NCBI GenBank assembly: GCA_958009085.1
Contig: OY253686.1
Coordinates: 806,001-870,000, forward strand
DNA from: Protoeuglena noctilucae
Lineage: Eukaryota
Length of the DNA stretch: 64,000 nt
Reading direction: 5' to 3'
Shown here: positions 26,690 to 39,799 of the stretch, piece after piece
Layout of the letters: each line of letters opens with the position of its first letter
Numbering within the stretch: the first letter of the stretch is position 1
The notes under the pieces: model-generated
The model's input: only the letters and a program-made list of their open reading frames with translations
Databases searched by the model: none
What the model was told of the DNA's origin: nothing
Made by a program: the position numbers and the translations under genes

Positions 26690-29674
26690 ATGTTGCCCTC
26701 CCCGGACATTGAGGTGGTGGAGGAGGCGCGGGCGGACCCGGTCTCTGACCTGCCCCACTGCAGGTAACGACCTGCACCGCGCTGCAGCGGGGCCGACCGC
26801 GGCGACCCTCGCTCCTATACCTGCGCACCCGACAGTACTATGCCAAACTCGCTCTTGCCTTGCAGGAGCGACTGCGGGGTGCACCCCTTTTTGCGCCCCG
26901 TCCCTGCCGCCCCCAACGCCCGTCACTGTGGCCAATGCTTCTGCGTGATTTGCGATGTCCCCGCCAGGCAGTGCGCGCAATGGGGGACGGGCGTGGATGC
27001 CGGGGACCATTGCAATCGCGACACGAGGGATGAGGAAGACATGCGAGAGAGGCGGCGGGCGCGGAGGGCGCGGAGGGACGCAATGGCAGGTGCGGCAGGT
27101 GCTGGACCAATGTGCATGTTTGAAACTGCTCTGTTACTCACTAGTCACCCATGCCTCACTTGTCACTAGTCAACCGGGCACCACCTATCTCGGCATCGCT
27201 CTGCCCCTTGCGCGTAACACATTCCGCCCACCCCATCCCACTCGTGCCATCCACGCTGCCACTCTGCTGACGCACACTGCACGCAGAGTGCCCTGGGTCT
27301 GTGGCGCCCCATGCCTCGTCTCAGTCCTCCTTAGGGCACTGGCTCACGCGGCCTGGTCTGCCACGGCTGGGCAAGGCACCACAGCCGCAAGCGGGGCTCG
27401 CGGCCTGGCTCAACCACAAAGCATGCGACGTGCGTGTGGGGTTAACGACAACTCAGCCCCAGCAGCAACAACAACAGCAGGGGCGAGGCATGGGGGATGC
27501 GGGGCAGGCAGGCGGCGGGGTCCGAGTGAAAGAGGAGCCTTTCGATTGGGCATCAGTGGAGGTGTCCGATTCTGAGGTGCAGCTGGTGGCGGTGATGCGG
27601 CCACAGGCACAGCGGCGGCGGCGGAGGTTGGCTGGCAACAGCGGGGCAGGGGCGGCAGGGAATGGGTTGTCGGCATGTGAGGGTCGTGATGCGGCGGACG
27701 GGGCGGTGAATGGGAGCCCCGCCATGGCGGCGAATGGGAGTCCGGCGATGGCAGCGGTGTCGGCGGCGGATGCCAAGGCGGCCTTTGCCCGTCAGCACTT
27801 GGAACGAGAGGCCCAGGAAGCGTGAGTGCATAGGTGGCGGTGTGGGTTGTTTGACGTGTCTGCTATCATCGACTAATTACTGATGATGCCCTGCATGGTT
27901 AGAAAGACTCATTGTTGACAACTGCATGCCATATCGACTCATCACTCTGCGCTGGTTCTTGATCATCGCTGCGCCATCCCCGCCCGCAGCGCTGCGGTGG
28001 ACGAGACCCTCCGTGCCTTCATGGAATACGTGGACGGCGTTTCTAGCAGCCTCCCCCGCGACGGCGACCGTCTGCCCGCGTCCGCCAGGGGATGCGCGCC
28101 TGTGCCGGACCTGGCCAGGGTGTGCATGGCCGTGACGCTGTTTAACAAGGCGAGGGGCTGGGTGTGTCAGGGTGTGGGTGTGCATGGCAGTCATGCTGTT
28201 CAATAGGGCGAGGGGCTGGGTGTGGGTTTGCCTGGGTGTGGGTGCGGGTGTGGGTGATCTCTTGCTATCCCTTTGGGGTCTCTTGGAGCGGTCGTTACTC
28301 CTTTAGTCTCCCTCCGCTGGGCATCTCTTATATCGAATGTTACTCTTGTTGGCTACCCCTGCAGGCCCAGAAGATGACGCACTACTTTCCCACCCACGCA
28401 CAGCTGCTGCGCAAGTGCCCCAGGCAGGGGGTGTCGCTGGCCGCGTGGGTGGACGCGTACGGAGGCACCACGGCCCTCGCGCAGCACATGGGGCTGAAGG
28501 AACTGACCAAGCAGGCGAGCATGGTTTATAGTATAGGACTTGTAGTCTTCTATCTATCCAGCGTCTCACTCAGTCATATCATATCATGCTGCTTGGCATG
28601 GCCTGGCTCACTCGCGTGCTTGCACTCGCGCATCGCAGCCTCGCCACGCAGCGCCTGAGTCTTCACATCACCCCTGCCTTGCCCCGGCTCGCAGAAGCAG
28701 GGTTAACGGCGGAAGCACCTCCTCACCCCCCCGTGGGTGTGCAACCCCACCCCAGGCACAACCGATGCCGTGCCTGTAGCTGTGGCTGGCCGGGGCGTCA
28801 ACAGCGGGCCTGCCCATCATGCCGTGAATGTGGGTGCGGGCGACCATGTGCGCAGGGATGGCGGTGGGCGTGGGGGGAGGCTCCCTGCACATGCGGAGAG
28901 GGGGAGCAGCGGTTGGGCTACCTTGCCGCACTTGCCACCAACCTCATTCAGCCCACACCCCGCCACTGCCAGGCCAGGCGCGGCCGTGGCTCTCGTGTGT
29001 CACCCGAGTGCTGTGATCGTTGATGGCAGTCCTCTCAGGGAGCCCCCGACGTGCGGGCAAGCAGGCCCACTACCCTCGACCGCCCCTCCCACCCCACTTC
29101 CCCCCACCGCCCCTCCCACCCAACTACCCTCGACCGCCCCCGGCCCGCCCCTCGTGTCCGTGGTCAATCTCCCACCTCACCCCTCATCTCTATCATCTCG
29201 CCCTTCGTCCATCGCCACCCATGGCAGGGATGGCCGGCACCGTGACTGGCCTGCACCCGCACCCGCACCCGAGGGACCACGGGGCGGGCGAGGGGGGAAG
29301 AGGAGGGCGGAGGCGGAAGCACAGCAATCAGGTAAGATTTGATGACTGGGCATATCTGCGCGTCGCGTCCATCATGATGCTGCTAGGTGCTCCATCGCTG
29401 TCAGCGATGCACGTCGCACGGTCGCGCGCCCACAGGGGCCCCCCTGGCAGCCCCGACGGTGCGGGTGGTCTGCGGGGACGTCCGCGCCGAGTTCGATCCC
29501 CAGCGGTGCGTCTTCCGCGTGGACGGGCGCAGCTGGTGGGTCCAGGGGCGGACGGTGGAGCGGTTGGGGGGATGCGGGGCGGCCAAGGACTGGCGCAAGA
29601 GCGTGCGTGTCGAGGGGCCAGGCGGCGTGGAGATCGGGGAGTGGATGCGCATGTGGGGGTTCGAAGGAGGCTGA
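26690..29674 (+). CDS. Protein with N-terminal RIN13-like Cys/His domain and C-terminal SAND domain
   Basis: DLPHCRSDCGVHPF...HCGQCFCVICDVPA.QC..W....DHC at the N-terminus; VRVVCG....ERLGG.G.AKDWRKSVRV...IGEW (SAND KDWK-type motif) at the C-terminus; internal exons approximate. Confidence 0.7.
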
Positions 29675-29854
29675 TGATGGTGGCGGGACAGCGCTGTTCC
29701 GTGAGATACAGGCTGATACAGGCTGTCTTTGGCAATTGTGCCCGGGCATGCGGCAGAGCGGAAGGGCATCCGGTGAATCTCAAAGCTAGTCTCACATCCC
29801 GTATCTTGAATATCCTGCGATCTGCATGCGCGGGGATAGGGCATAGGTCCGCCC

Positions 29855-32800
29855 ATGGGTTGTGGAGCGAGCCGGCCTGCCCCTGGGGAGGGGCAGCCCC
29901 TGGCGAGGCCTGCGGAGCCTCCGCGTGTTAAGGTGACGTCTTCAGCCGTGCATGTGACGCTTTCTTTGCGTGTAACAGGAGCTGAAGCTTCAACGAACCA
30001 CGGGCGTCGCTACACGGCTAAAACATTTCGCACACATATGTGTCCTCTCAGGGGCCTGCGGGGGACGCAATCGCTCGACCAAAGTCTGCAAATAAGAGTC
30101 CGGAGCAAAATGTGCCAGCGGGCATCTCCTCACAAGCCCATGCCGAGGAGAACACTGGACAGTTGGGAAGCAATCAAATGGGAACGCCGCGCCGAGCCGA
30201 TACCCGCAACGGAGCACAGAAGGAAGCGCAGGTTCCCGCCAGTCACTTGCACGGGAGCACCGGCGACTCGGGAGGGGACGCGCGCGTTGCACTTCCCAAC
30301 CTGCAGGTGGCGATGAGCGTCTCCCCTGCGGCGTTGGCGACCGGGTCCGCCCTGGCGACGGCGCTACAGCAGTGGCGCGTTTCGGATGAGGTGCTGGGCG
30401 TGCTCCTCCGGGGCGGCATCCACGCCATGGAGGTGCTGGCACGGGCGCCCATGGTTGGCCCGCTGGCAGAGGTGGCGCCCCGCGTGCTGCAGGGGATTGC
30501 CGAGGTGAGGCGTCGCCATTGCGAGCTGCGATGGCCGGCTCTGTCATGGGGAGTGGCAGTGGATACGCACGGCAGGCGCACACACACCCCACGTGGGTGG
30601 CAGGCTTGTGACGCCCCCTTGCCCCTGCCATGGCTTGTCGGGGTGGTCACACCGCACGAGCTATGCAAGCCAGTCACGCGATCCTGCAAGCCGCGTGTGC
30701 CACCTACACGAGCCATGTAATTCGTGCACGCCATGTGTGCCATCCAAGCCCGCAGGCGGGGGCCGTGCGCCCGGCCCTGGAGGACTTCCGCGGGGTGGTG
30801 ATGGGCGTCGTGGAGGTGGTGGCCGAGGCCGGGGAGGTGCTGCAAGGCCAGCCACAGGTCCTGCAGAGACTCGTGGGTGCGAGGAGACAACGCCAGAGCT
30901 GGCCAGTAACTTAGCCCCGGCATAGCACTGCTGATGGGTCTTATCGTTCGCCCTCATCCTCATCGTCGCCCGTGGCCCTGAGTGGCAAGCGCTTGCACAC
31001 AGACGCTCAGTAGACTGCTTCTCCACCACCCCCTTGTGCCCGCAGAGCTGTTAGGGGCAGCAAGGGGCGTGGTAGAGGAGGTGGAGGGTCGGACGTGGCT
31101 GGGGCGGTTCGTGAAGGCACGAGGGGACACGGACGGCCTGCAGGAGTTGGCGGGGAAGGTGCTGGCGCAGGTCGGGACGCTCACGGCGGCGATGCAGGTG
31201 CAGTCGCTCCGGGGTATCGAAGAGATACGTGCGGCTATATCAGGAGGCAAGCTCTTCTCCAGTAAGGACCTGGCGCAGCGATTGGCGCGGGAGGCGGGGG
31301 CAGCGCGGCTGGAGGACGTGTCACCCGATCAGCTGCGAGCGCTGCTGGCGGAGCGCGGGCGGGTGGACGCGGTGGTAGCGCTGCTGGCGCCGGGGGAGCA
31401 GGTGCTCGCGGGGCTGGTGCAGGGCGTGGAGGACCGGGTGGAGCAGTTGGGGGCGCGCATGGACGAGCAGTACGCGTCGCTGATGACGCATCTGAGGATC
31501 GGTGAGGTCCTTGACCGGGAGCCCTTGGAAGTCAAGAAGCTGCCGCCGGAGCTGCGGAAATTATGGGCGGACGAAGACACGGGGTTCGGGCACATGGCGG
31601 CGGAGATGGCGTGGGGCGTGTTCCACCTGGCGCTGCTGCACGGGGAGCTGGAGGTGCTGGCGGAAGCGGCCGCGTGGTACACGGACACTCTGGCGCCACC
31701 TCAATGGCGCGACTTCGTCATCGGGCCCCTGCGGGAGCTATTGGCGCCGGGAGATCGTGTGGCGGCGCAGAACCTCTACCAGCTGGCGCAGGGCGCCAAG
31801 CGGCGGGGGAAGCTGGAGTTCGCGGAGGTGCGGCTGCAGGACGTGCTGTGGTACGTGCACGTCAACACGGCGCCGAGCGTGGGGCAGGCGGCGCCCCCAC
31901 GGCAGTCCCGGGGGCACACCTGGCGCAGGCTGGTGTCTGCGGTGTCGATTGCGAGGCGCGCGGAATGGGGTGCGGCGGCCCGGGGAGCGGAGCCGGGCCG
32001 GGGGAGCGGGCACACAGAGAGCGTGGCCGATGGCGTGGCAGTGCCGGCCGTGATTGCTGCCCTGCGCCACCACGACTTTCTGGCGGACGCAGATGCCCGT
32101 GATGCCACTTTCATGGTGGGTGGCGCAACGCGGGGCGATGGGGTGGGCCGCGAGTGTGCCTGTAGCTACTCCGCATGTGTGGCAGTCGTCTTCATGGATG
32201 ACATATGTGGTATAGAATGTCATGAAATGCTTTTGTTCTGGTCTGCAGGTGGGTACCCGGGAGTGGCTGGCCAGCCGGGTCATGGCCTGGGCCGGTGGGA
32301 GAACCGATGGGGCCACAGATGGGGCAGCAGACGCGGAGAACGGCGAGGGGTTCGAGAGCCGACTGTTCCTGCTCCTGTCTCTGCCCGGTGAGCGCTCCAA
32401 GCGAGGCGTGGTGATCGCCTGGCTGCCGCCGCTCAGAGCTTGCACGTGCTGAGGGTGTTCGTGCATGGCGGTGCGGCGCAGGTATGGGCAAGACGTCCTT
32501 CGTGGCTCACATGGCGCTGGCGATGCGCAAGGCGGGGATGCTCCTGGGCGGCCACTTCTGCCGGGCGGGGGACGAGAGCCGCATGGACCCACGCCTGGTT
32601 GTGCAGTCGCTGGCGTGGCAGGTGGTCGAGCGCGTGCCCGCGGCCATGCCTGCTGTGGAGGCGGGGCTGAAGCGCCTGGACGTGACCAGCGCTGGGATAC
32701 CCGAGTGGTGCAGGAGGTGAGGGGGGTTAGAGTCCATGAGTGGTGCAGGAGGTGGGCCAGGAGTGGGTGTGCGTGCACTGACCTGCTTGGCATCCGATGT

Positions 32801-35800
32801 CTCACTGCGCTTTGACTGACACATGACAGGAACATCACATCGTGCATGTGCCTCCCACCGCCGCAGTCTGCTCATCGAGCCCCTGCGTAGCGTGGCCTGG
32901 ACCGGCCCCGACGTGGTGCTGGTGATCGATGCGCTGGACGAGGCGGGGACGGACGCGCGCAGCAACGGGGTGCTGCAGATGCTGACGGGGTGCATGGGGG
33001 ACCTGCCCGCATGGGTCAAGGTGTTGGTCACTTCCCGGCCCGAGGCGTACATCGTGGAGCAGATGGCCCGTTTCAAGCCCTTCACGCTTGAGCCGACTGA
33101 GGAGCGCAACCGTGAGGACATCCAGGCCTTCATCCGCGGAAGCCTTCGCGGCGGGCTGACGGAAGAGGAGCGCGCCGCAGTGCTGGCGGTGGCGGCCAAG
33201 AGCGAGGGCGTCTTTGCGTATGTCTCTGCGCTGGTGGCCATGGTGCAGCGGGAGCTGTCCAGGGACGGTGGATCCGACGGACTGGCCCACCTCACCCTCT
33301 CTAACCTCCCTAAGGGACACCGGGCGCTCTACCAGGACTACTTCGATCGGCAGCTCCAGGGGCTGGGCTCGGGGGAGGTCGAGGTGGTGCGGCAGGCGCT
33401 GCTGCCATCGCTCGTGGCGGCCGTGGAGCCACTGACGGTGGCGGAGCTGAGGGAGCTGGCGGGGGACGGTGCAACGACGACGGCGCTGCAGGCAATCGGC
33501 AGCCTCTTCCCGATGGGGTCGGATGGCCGCGTGCGCCCTTTCCACAAGTCAGTCGTAGATTGGCTGGCGGAGGACCGGACGTCCGAGTGGCACGTGAAGG
33601 TAGAAAAGGGCCACGCCTGGCATGCGGCGGTGTGGGGTCACAAGGTGGAGGCGGTCGGGGCGGGTGGAGCGCCGGGCGAGTCCCTGGCATCGCTGGGGAC
33701 CTACGCGGCCACATACGCCCTGCACCACGCCCTGGAGGCGGGGATGCTCGACACGGCGGCGGCCTTGTGCACGAGCCTGGCGCTGGTGCGGGCGTGCCTG
33801 GAGGCGGGGGAGGTGGAGCGACTGGTGCGGGACGTGGGGAGGGCGACCGTGGCGCTGCGGGTGGGGGGGCACAAGGGTTGGCGGCGCGCCCAGGAGACCC
33901 AGGCCTGGCTACGGTGAGTGCAGTGGCGGTGCCTGTGCCGCCGCGGCCCTGCGTTGGCGCATAGAGTGCGAGCGGTAGTGATGATGAGCACGCGTGATAT
34001 CACTTTGCCGGTTGCCTATCCCGCAGGACCTTCTCGGCGGTGCTGGCGGAGCATCCGCATTTGGCAGCTGAGGCAGCGCGGGCCGCACCGTCCGGCACTT
34101 GGCTGGCGGAGAGCGGGGCGGCGGCACTCACATTTAGTGACGGTCCCGAGGGTACCCGCCCCGTGCGTCTCCGGTTGGAGGGGCGCATGGCCCGACTGCA
34201 GAGCCTGCAGGTGCTGGCCGTGACTTCGGGGGAGGTCACATCGGTGGCCTTCTCCCCTTCTGGGTCGCTGCTGGCCGTGGTCGCGGGGCAGACGCTCCAT
34301 TTGCACGACAGTGTCACGGGGCTTGCCCGGCAGCACCTGCCGCTGCCACCGGCAGAGGGGTCCGGGGGGCACCGGCTGTGCTTCGCCCCCGCCCCCTCTT
34401 TGCATCTAGCCACGTGGCACACCGCCGGAGCCTCGGCGCTGACGCTGTGGGAAGCGAGCTCAGGCGCACCGACGCCGCTCGACACCGAGGGGCAGCTCAC
34501 GCAGGCGTGGGACGTGAGGTTCGCGCTAGATGGGTCACATGTTGCCGCAGTGGCGGCGTCGGGGTACACGCAGTGGAGGGTGCTGGCTGGGGAGCGTTTG
34601 GTGCTTAAGGCCAACGCGTGGGCCGGGGTGCGCCGGGAGAGGCCCTGCGCGGGGTGCCTGGCGCCGGACGGGACGTGGGCGGCTGTGGGGTACGACAACG
34701 GCGCCGTGCGCATCGTGACCCTGCCCTCCTGCGCGGCGGTCGCTGAGCTGGGGCCGAGCCCGCAGAGTATTCGGGAGCTGGCCGTCAGCCCCAGCGGGCA
34801 GTGGGTCGCCGCAGCCGCAGGCAGCGTGGTGCATGTCTGGGATGTGGCCCTGCGTCAGCCGGGGCCGGTGCTGGAGGCCCACCGGCGTCACGTGGAGGAC
34901 CTGGCGTTTGAGGGGGCCGTGCTGGTGTTGCGGTCGGGGGACGGCACGGCTCTGTGGGACGCAGAGACATGGGAGGGCCTAGTGCCCATTGACGGCGTCT
35001 ATGCCAAAGCCTATGGCCCTGCCAGGCTCCACCCGCGTGTGGCCGTCGCCGGAAGAGAAGGGACCGTGGTCGTCGCCTCACCGGAGGCAGAAGACGGCGG
35101 TGCGGGGTGGGGGGTGGTGCGGGCGGGCGTGCGACCGGGGGCGGAGGTGGACGTGGCCACCGCCCGCATCCCCAGCCACGTTTTGAGTGACCCGCGGTGC
35201 CTGGCTGTCCACCCCACGGAGCCGTTGGTGGCCGTCGGCATGCCCGGCGGGCGCGTGGCTCTGTGGGACGCGACAGGCGGGGGCGGGGGCGACGACGGCG
35301 GGGGTACGGCTGTGTTGGCCGCCGCTGTCAGCGCAGACGGCGCCCTGGCTGCCGTGGGTGTCGCCGGCCCTCACGGCTCCGGCAGTGTGGTTGCGGCCGG
35401 GGAGGTGCGCGTGCTGGGCCTGTCGCCAAGCGGCCTCCGCGAGTCTGTGCTGCCGTGCCCGGCCCAGGGTGCAGTGGGGTGCGTGGCAGTCAGTGCGGAC
35501 GGCGCGCGGGTGGCCGCCATCGAGCAGGTACTACCGCCCGGCCCCTGTCAGCTGCGGGTGTGGGACGTAAACACTGGTGCCGAAGCCACGGCGACCGTGC
35601 CCGACCGCTTCGATGGCAGTGACCGCTCCCATTCTGACACCCCCGCGTCCATCGCCTTCCTGGGACCGTCGGCAGTGGTGTGCCAGCTGGACAGGGACAG
35701 TGCGATATGGAGGTGGGACTTCGCTGCATCGCTGCAGTCGCAGAACCAGGCATGTACATCCCTGGTGGATGCGCCGACCGTCGAGTCCGGGGCGATGCTG

Positions 35801-36463
35801 GCGGTGAGCCCCACTGGCGACGCTCTCCTGGCATCCGAGGGGACCCACCTGCGCATTCACGAGGCCACGGGGCAGCTGCGTGCCTCCATCGATGTGTCCC
35901 AGCACGGCCCGGTGCTACTCGCATGCTTCTCTGCAACTGGGGGCGAAGTCTTTGCCGCCCACGCATCCAGGCGCATCTCGGTTTGGAGTGCAAAGGGCGA
36001 GGCCCTCACGTCCTTCCACGCCACAGCGGCACCCGGGGGTGCATCCCAGCCCGTCACCGCCCTGGCTGCCAACGAGGCCTGGGTGGCCGTGCTGACCGGG
36101 CGCTCTCTGACGCTCTGGGATGCGTGGACAGCCCAGCACCCGGTCCCCGTGACAACGCTGCCGTTAGACCTGACCACCGTCCCTCACGGCAACCCACTGC
36201 GACTCGCTTCCCTATCGGCTGCCCGTGACCCGGGGGCCCTGCGCCTGGTGGGAGTCTCCGCTTTGCACGCGGGGGCGCCAGTGGGGCTCCGCGTCTCCGC
36301 GAATGCCCTGCGTGCGATGGCCGCTGCTGCCAAGAGAAGGGGGGAGGCGTGGGAAGGGGCGGACACCTTGACAGCTTTCACGGCGCTGGCGGGGGCGGCG
36401 GGGGCTGCCGGCGGCCACATCGCAGTGTACGTAGAGGAAGGGACGTCGGTTGTTAGCATGTGA
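29855..36463 (+). CDS. NLR-like STAND protein: MGCGAS acylation motif, MLKL/HeLo-like helical domain, NACHT NTPase, WD40 repeats
   Basis: Exons from 29855-29932, 30052-30504, 30756-~30876, 31046-32115 through the final exon ~34027-36463. Motifs: FMVGTREWL, Walker A SLPGMGKTS, HFCR, Walker B VLVIDALDE, LVTSRPE, SEGVFAYV, FHKSVVDWL, multiple WD40 blades. Confidence 0.88.
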
Positions 36464-36561
36464 AGTAGTGGTCGTAACGCCCAATTCAAACAAATGTTAG
36501 GCCAACGCCCCACCTCGCCTCCCGCTACCTTGTGCCCTGGCGAGCCACACGCGGCCGCCCC

Positions 36562-38247
36562 TCAGTTTAGCACTCCCCCCTCCCTCCACCCGCCCCGCCC
36601 CGCCCCCGCACCCGCCCCCGCACCCCCCTGCCCCGGCATGGGCGCCACCCAGGTCTGTCCCGGCGGCGGCTGCGGCGGCCGCTGCTGCCCCGCACCCGCC
36701 CCCGCCCCCGCCCCCTGTGCCCCGCGCCCCTGGGCGTAGTACTGCCGGTACGCAGCCGTGGTGTTGAGGATGAGGAGCCTCGGCCCCGGCGGGATGCGCA
36801 CCTCGGCCAGCGCCGTGTCGGTCAGCAGCAGCAGGCATTTGTCGTCCAGCTGCCCCTGCCGGAAGTTGCGCTCGTACTGCTCCAGGCCCAGGCTGCGCAG
36901 CATGTGCGACGTGCGCACGTAGTCCTCGTCCTTCGCCTGGGCGACACGGAGGGGACGAATGCTGACAAGTATGGGAAACAACAAGCAACAAGGAGCGTGG
37001 TGTACTAGTACAATCGAACACCCTTCGCAGCTGCGGTGCGTCTTGCAGGCACTGAAGCGCTGCCGTATGTACAACTGGCTGCGTTCACCACCCGCACCTT
37101 CTTGTCCCCTCCCTTGAACGCCTGCCCTATTTTGAAAAAGGCCGCATTGAAGACCCCGAACATGGCGCCCGTACCCAGGGCCGCGTCGATGGTGGGGCCG
37201 CGGGGGGTGCCCAGGGCGGAGACCACCGAAAAGACCACGCCTGGAGAGGCGGCAAGGGGGGCGGCGTGTGTGGAAAGATTGATCGGAATGTGCTGTGAAG
37301 ATGTGTGTGCTGTGAACGTCGAGGACGCCCGGTGCAACTTGGATGGCTGCGTGGCGCGCGTCGCCACTGCTGGTGCCATCTTGTTGAACATCCCAACATC
37401 GTGTGTGCACATCTCATCTCAACGCCCCTCACCCGACGCGGCAGACCCCACCACCGTGTTCCACATGTCCTCGTCCCCCGTGCCACGCTGCAGCTTGCTG
37501 TACTCGGTCACGGCCGTCTGGGCGAACATCAGCGCGCCGATGTTGGCAGCGAAACGTAGCGGATTGGAGCTGCGGGACAAAGGGAGGTGCCCGGCGGGTC
37601 GCGGGGCGCGCGTGCGGGTGTGAACGCGTCGCGCAGCGGCAATGCCCAGCGAGTCGGCCTACCGCCGCGTCGGCCCTCGCCTGCCCATCTGCTCCATCGC
37701 CTGGAGTTGCGACTGCATCAGAGGGTTGTTCGCGGCCGCCGGGTTGTCCTTGTTGAGCTCCATCGCGGAGCTGTTGAGCTTCCCGAGCAGGACGCCGAAC
37801 GCCATCGCTGGGAGGGCGGCTGCCACGCCCTTGAAGATTGGCTTCACGTACGCTGGCTGCGAATCCACAAACTTGTCCACTGCGCGGGCAGCGCGGGCGC
37901 GGCGAGGGTCACGGGCCGGCGCGGGGAGGCATCGACGGCAGCTCACGATGGCGTGGCCCGCCCCGCGCCGTTGGGCCGAGGGGCCGGAGGCTGGGTGAGC
38001 AGATGCATCGCATGATGTGCTCTGATCCTCAACGCGGCCCGAAATAAGCGCGTGATCTCGGGGGGCGAGCGCTAGACCGCGTGACACTGGTGCAGCGCGT
38101 CACGGGGTGAGCGGCGCCAGCACGCAGCTGGAAGGTTCCGTAGCGGCAGCCGGGCGTCAAATATGTCTCTCGATCAATCCATCGGCCCTCACCCGACGCC
38201 CTCATGTCGTCCAACTTCTCCTGGACGGCCTTGATGGCGTCGCCCAT
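36562..38247 (-). CDS. Tim17/Tim22 (PRAT) family protein with C-terminal SAM domain (HP30/TRIC-like)
   Basis: PRAT transmembrane segments (EDMWNTVVGSAASGVVFS, GAMFGVFNAAFFKIG) followed by the SAM domain (MLRSLGLEQYERNFRQGQLDD..LLLTD.AL.EVRIPPGPRLLIL). Confidence 0.9.
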
Positions 38248-38516
38248 CGCCGCCCGCGCCTGCTCCCGCGCGCCCTGACAAGGGTCGTTACAAAAAGCTT
38301 CGCAGTGTCCACTCTGCTGGTCGCTGAGAGCACTCGCGCCCCCTCAGCGACCGGACCGTCTCGTGCCGCACTGCAAGTTGTGTCACCAGCACAACAGCGA
38401 AAATCCCCCGCGCTGCATTCACAGCTCGACGCGTTAGCTACAGGCACACTTGCACTCGGCTCGCGGCCGCCAAAGGACCCCAGGCGTTGGAAGGAGCCTT
38501 CGCCAAAAGTGGGCGC

Positions 38517-39684
38517 ATGCCGGCCCCGAATCCTGCCCCGCCCGCGCGAGGGCTGTCCAAGGAGACCAGGCGAGCAGCATGTTTGCGTCGTAGACGACCT
38601 GCAGTGATCTTGGCCTTGCGGCTCCGATGCAAACGCCCGTCTCGCTGTGGTGACGTCGACATCCGTCTCGCTTCCCCCAGCGCGTTCCTGGACAGCCTCC
38701 TTCGGGACAAGAACCTGTCGCTCCGGATGCGCGAGGACATCAAGAAGGGCATGGCCACCGGCGAGGACTGGGCCGCACAGCTCAGGCGAGTTATAGCGGT
38801 GCTGAAACTTGGCCGGCAAGCTTCTCGGCCGCTCCTTGCGTCGATACACCCTTCCTCAACCCACCGCAGCACTCGGAAGGCCTCTCACGTCGCCGCGACC
38901 AGCGCCCGGCCTCGCCCGCGGGGACAGCCCTCCCGGCGCCGCACGACCGCCCTGCCAGCAGAGGGCGCCTCGCTCGCTGCCATGCCTGCCCGCACGGGTG
39001 AGTGTGCACGGATCGTGGGTCTATCGCGTCATTTCGAGTCACCCTGACTCACTGGGGCATGTCAGTGTGTACAGGCCGCCTTAACACACCTGGCACCCCA
39101 CCGCAGGAATCCGCACCCGCGACCAAATCCTGGCGGATACGGGCAACTACTCCGTGGAGCGGTTCGCGGGGACGGGTGTCGGCCCCAACCGCGATGCGGA
39201 GAAGGGCCGACTGGCGAGGGTGAATGAGATGGGGCGGGAGGCGGCGGGGTGGCTGGAGGCCGCGAGGCTGGCGGGGCGGGGAGCGGTGGCGGGGCCTGGG
39301 CCGGGAGCAAGGGGAGAGAGTGACGTGAGGGAGGAGCTGATGGACCAGATTGCCGAGGAGATACGGTGAGGGGCGCAGGGATGGAGAGGCACATGCAAAT
39401 GACATTTTCACCAAGGCAGGCCACCTGCTTTGGTAAATGCACATGTCACCACCGTCACCCGTGCCTGCCTTGGTACGCACATGCCCCTTCAGGCATAGCT
39501 TGAGAGCTGTCACGCTCCTGAACATCAGAAATGCCTTCAAACAATAACCATGCGTGCTCGCAGGGGCCGCCGGGAGTTCTACGAGCAGATGCAGGCGGCT
39601 GGGCGGGAAAAGGAGAACCGGCATCTGTTGGGGGAGATATCGTCACGGCTGGCGGAGATGAGGCGGCTGCAGGGGGCGGGGTGA
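38517..39684 (+). CDS. UPF0193 (EVG1/C22orf23-like) protein
   Basis: Five exons. SKET.AFL..LL....L at the N-terminus; RDAEK.RL; EELMDQIAEEIR.RREF.EQM.A.G....LLGEISSRL.EM at the C-terminus. Confidence 0.75.
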
Positions 39685-39799
39685 CGCGGGGTAACGGGAG
39701 CGCGGATTATGGCAATATAGATAGCAACAGTAGCGCTACTACACACATCACAGCCGATGGTCATTGCACGCTTGCAACTCTCTCTCTCACTCTCTCACT

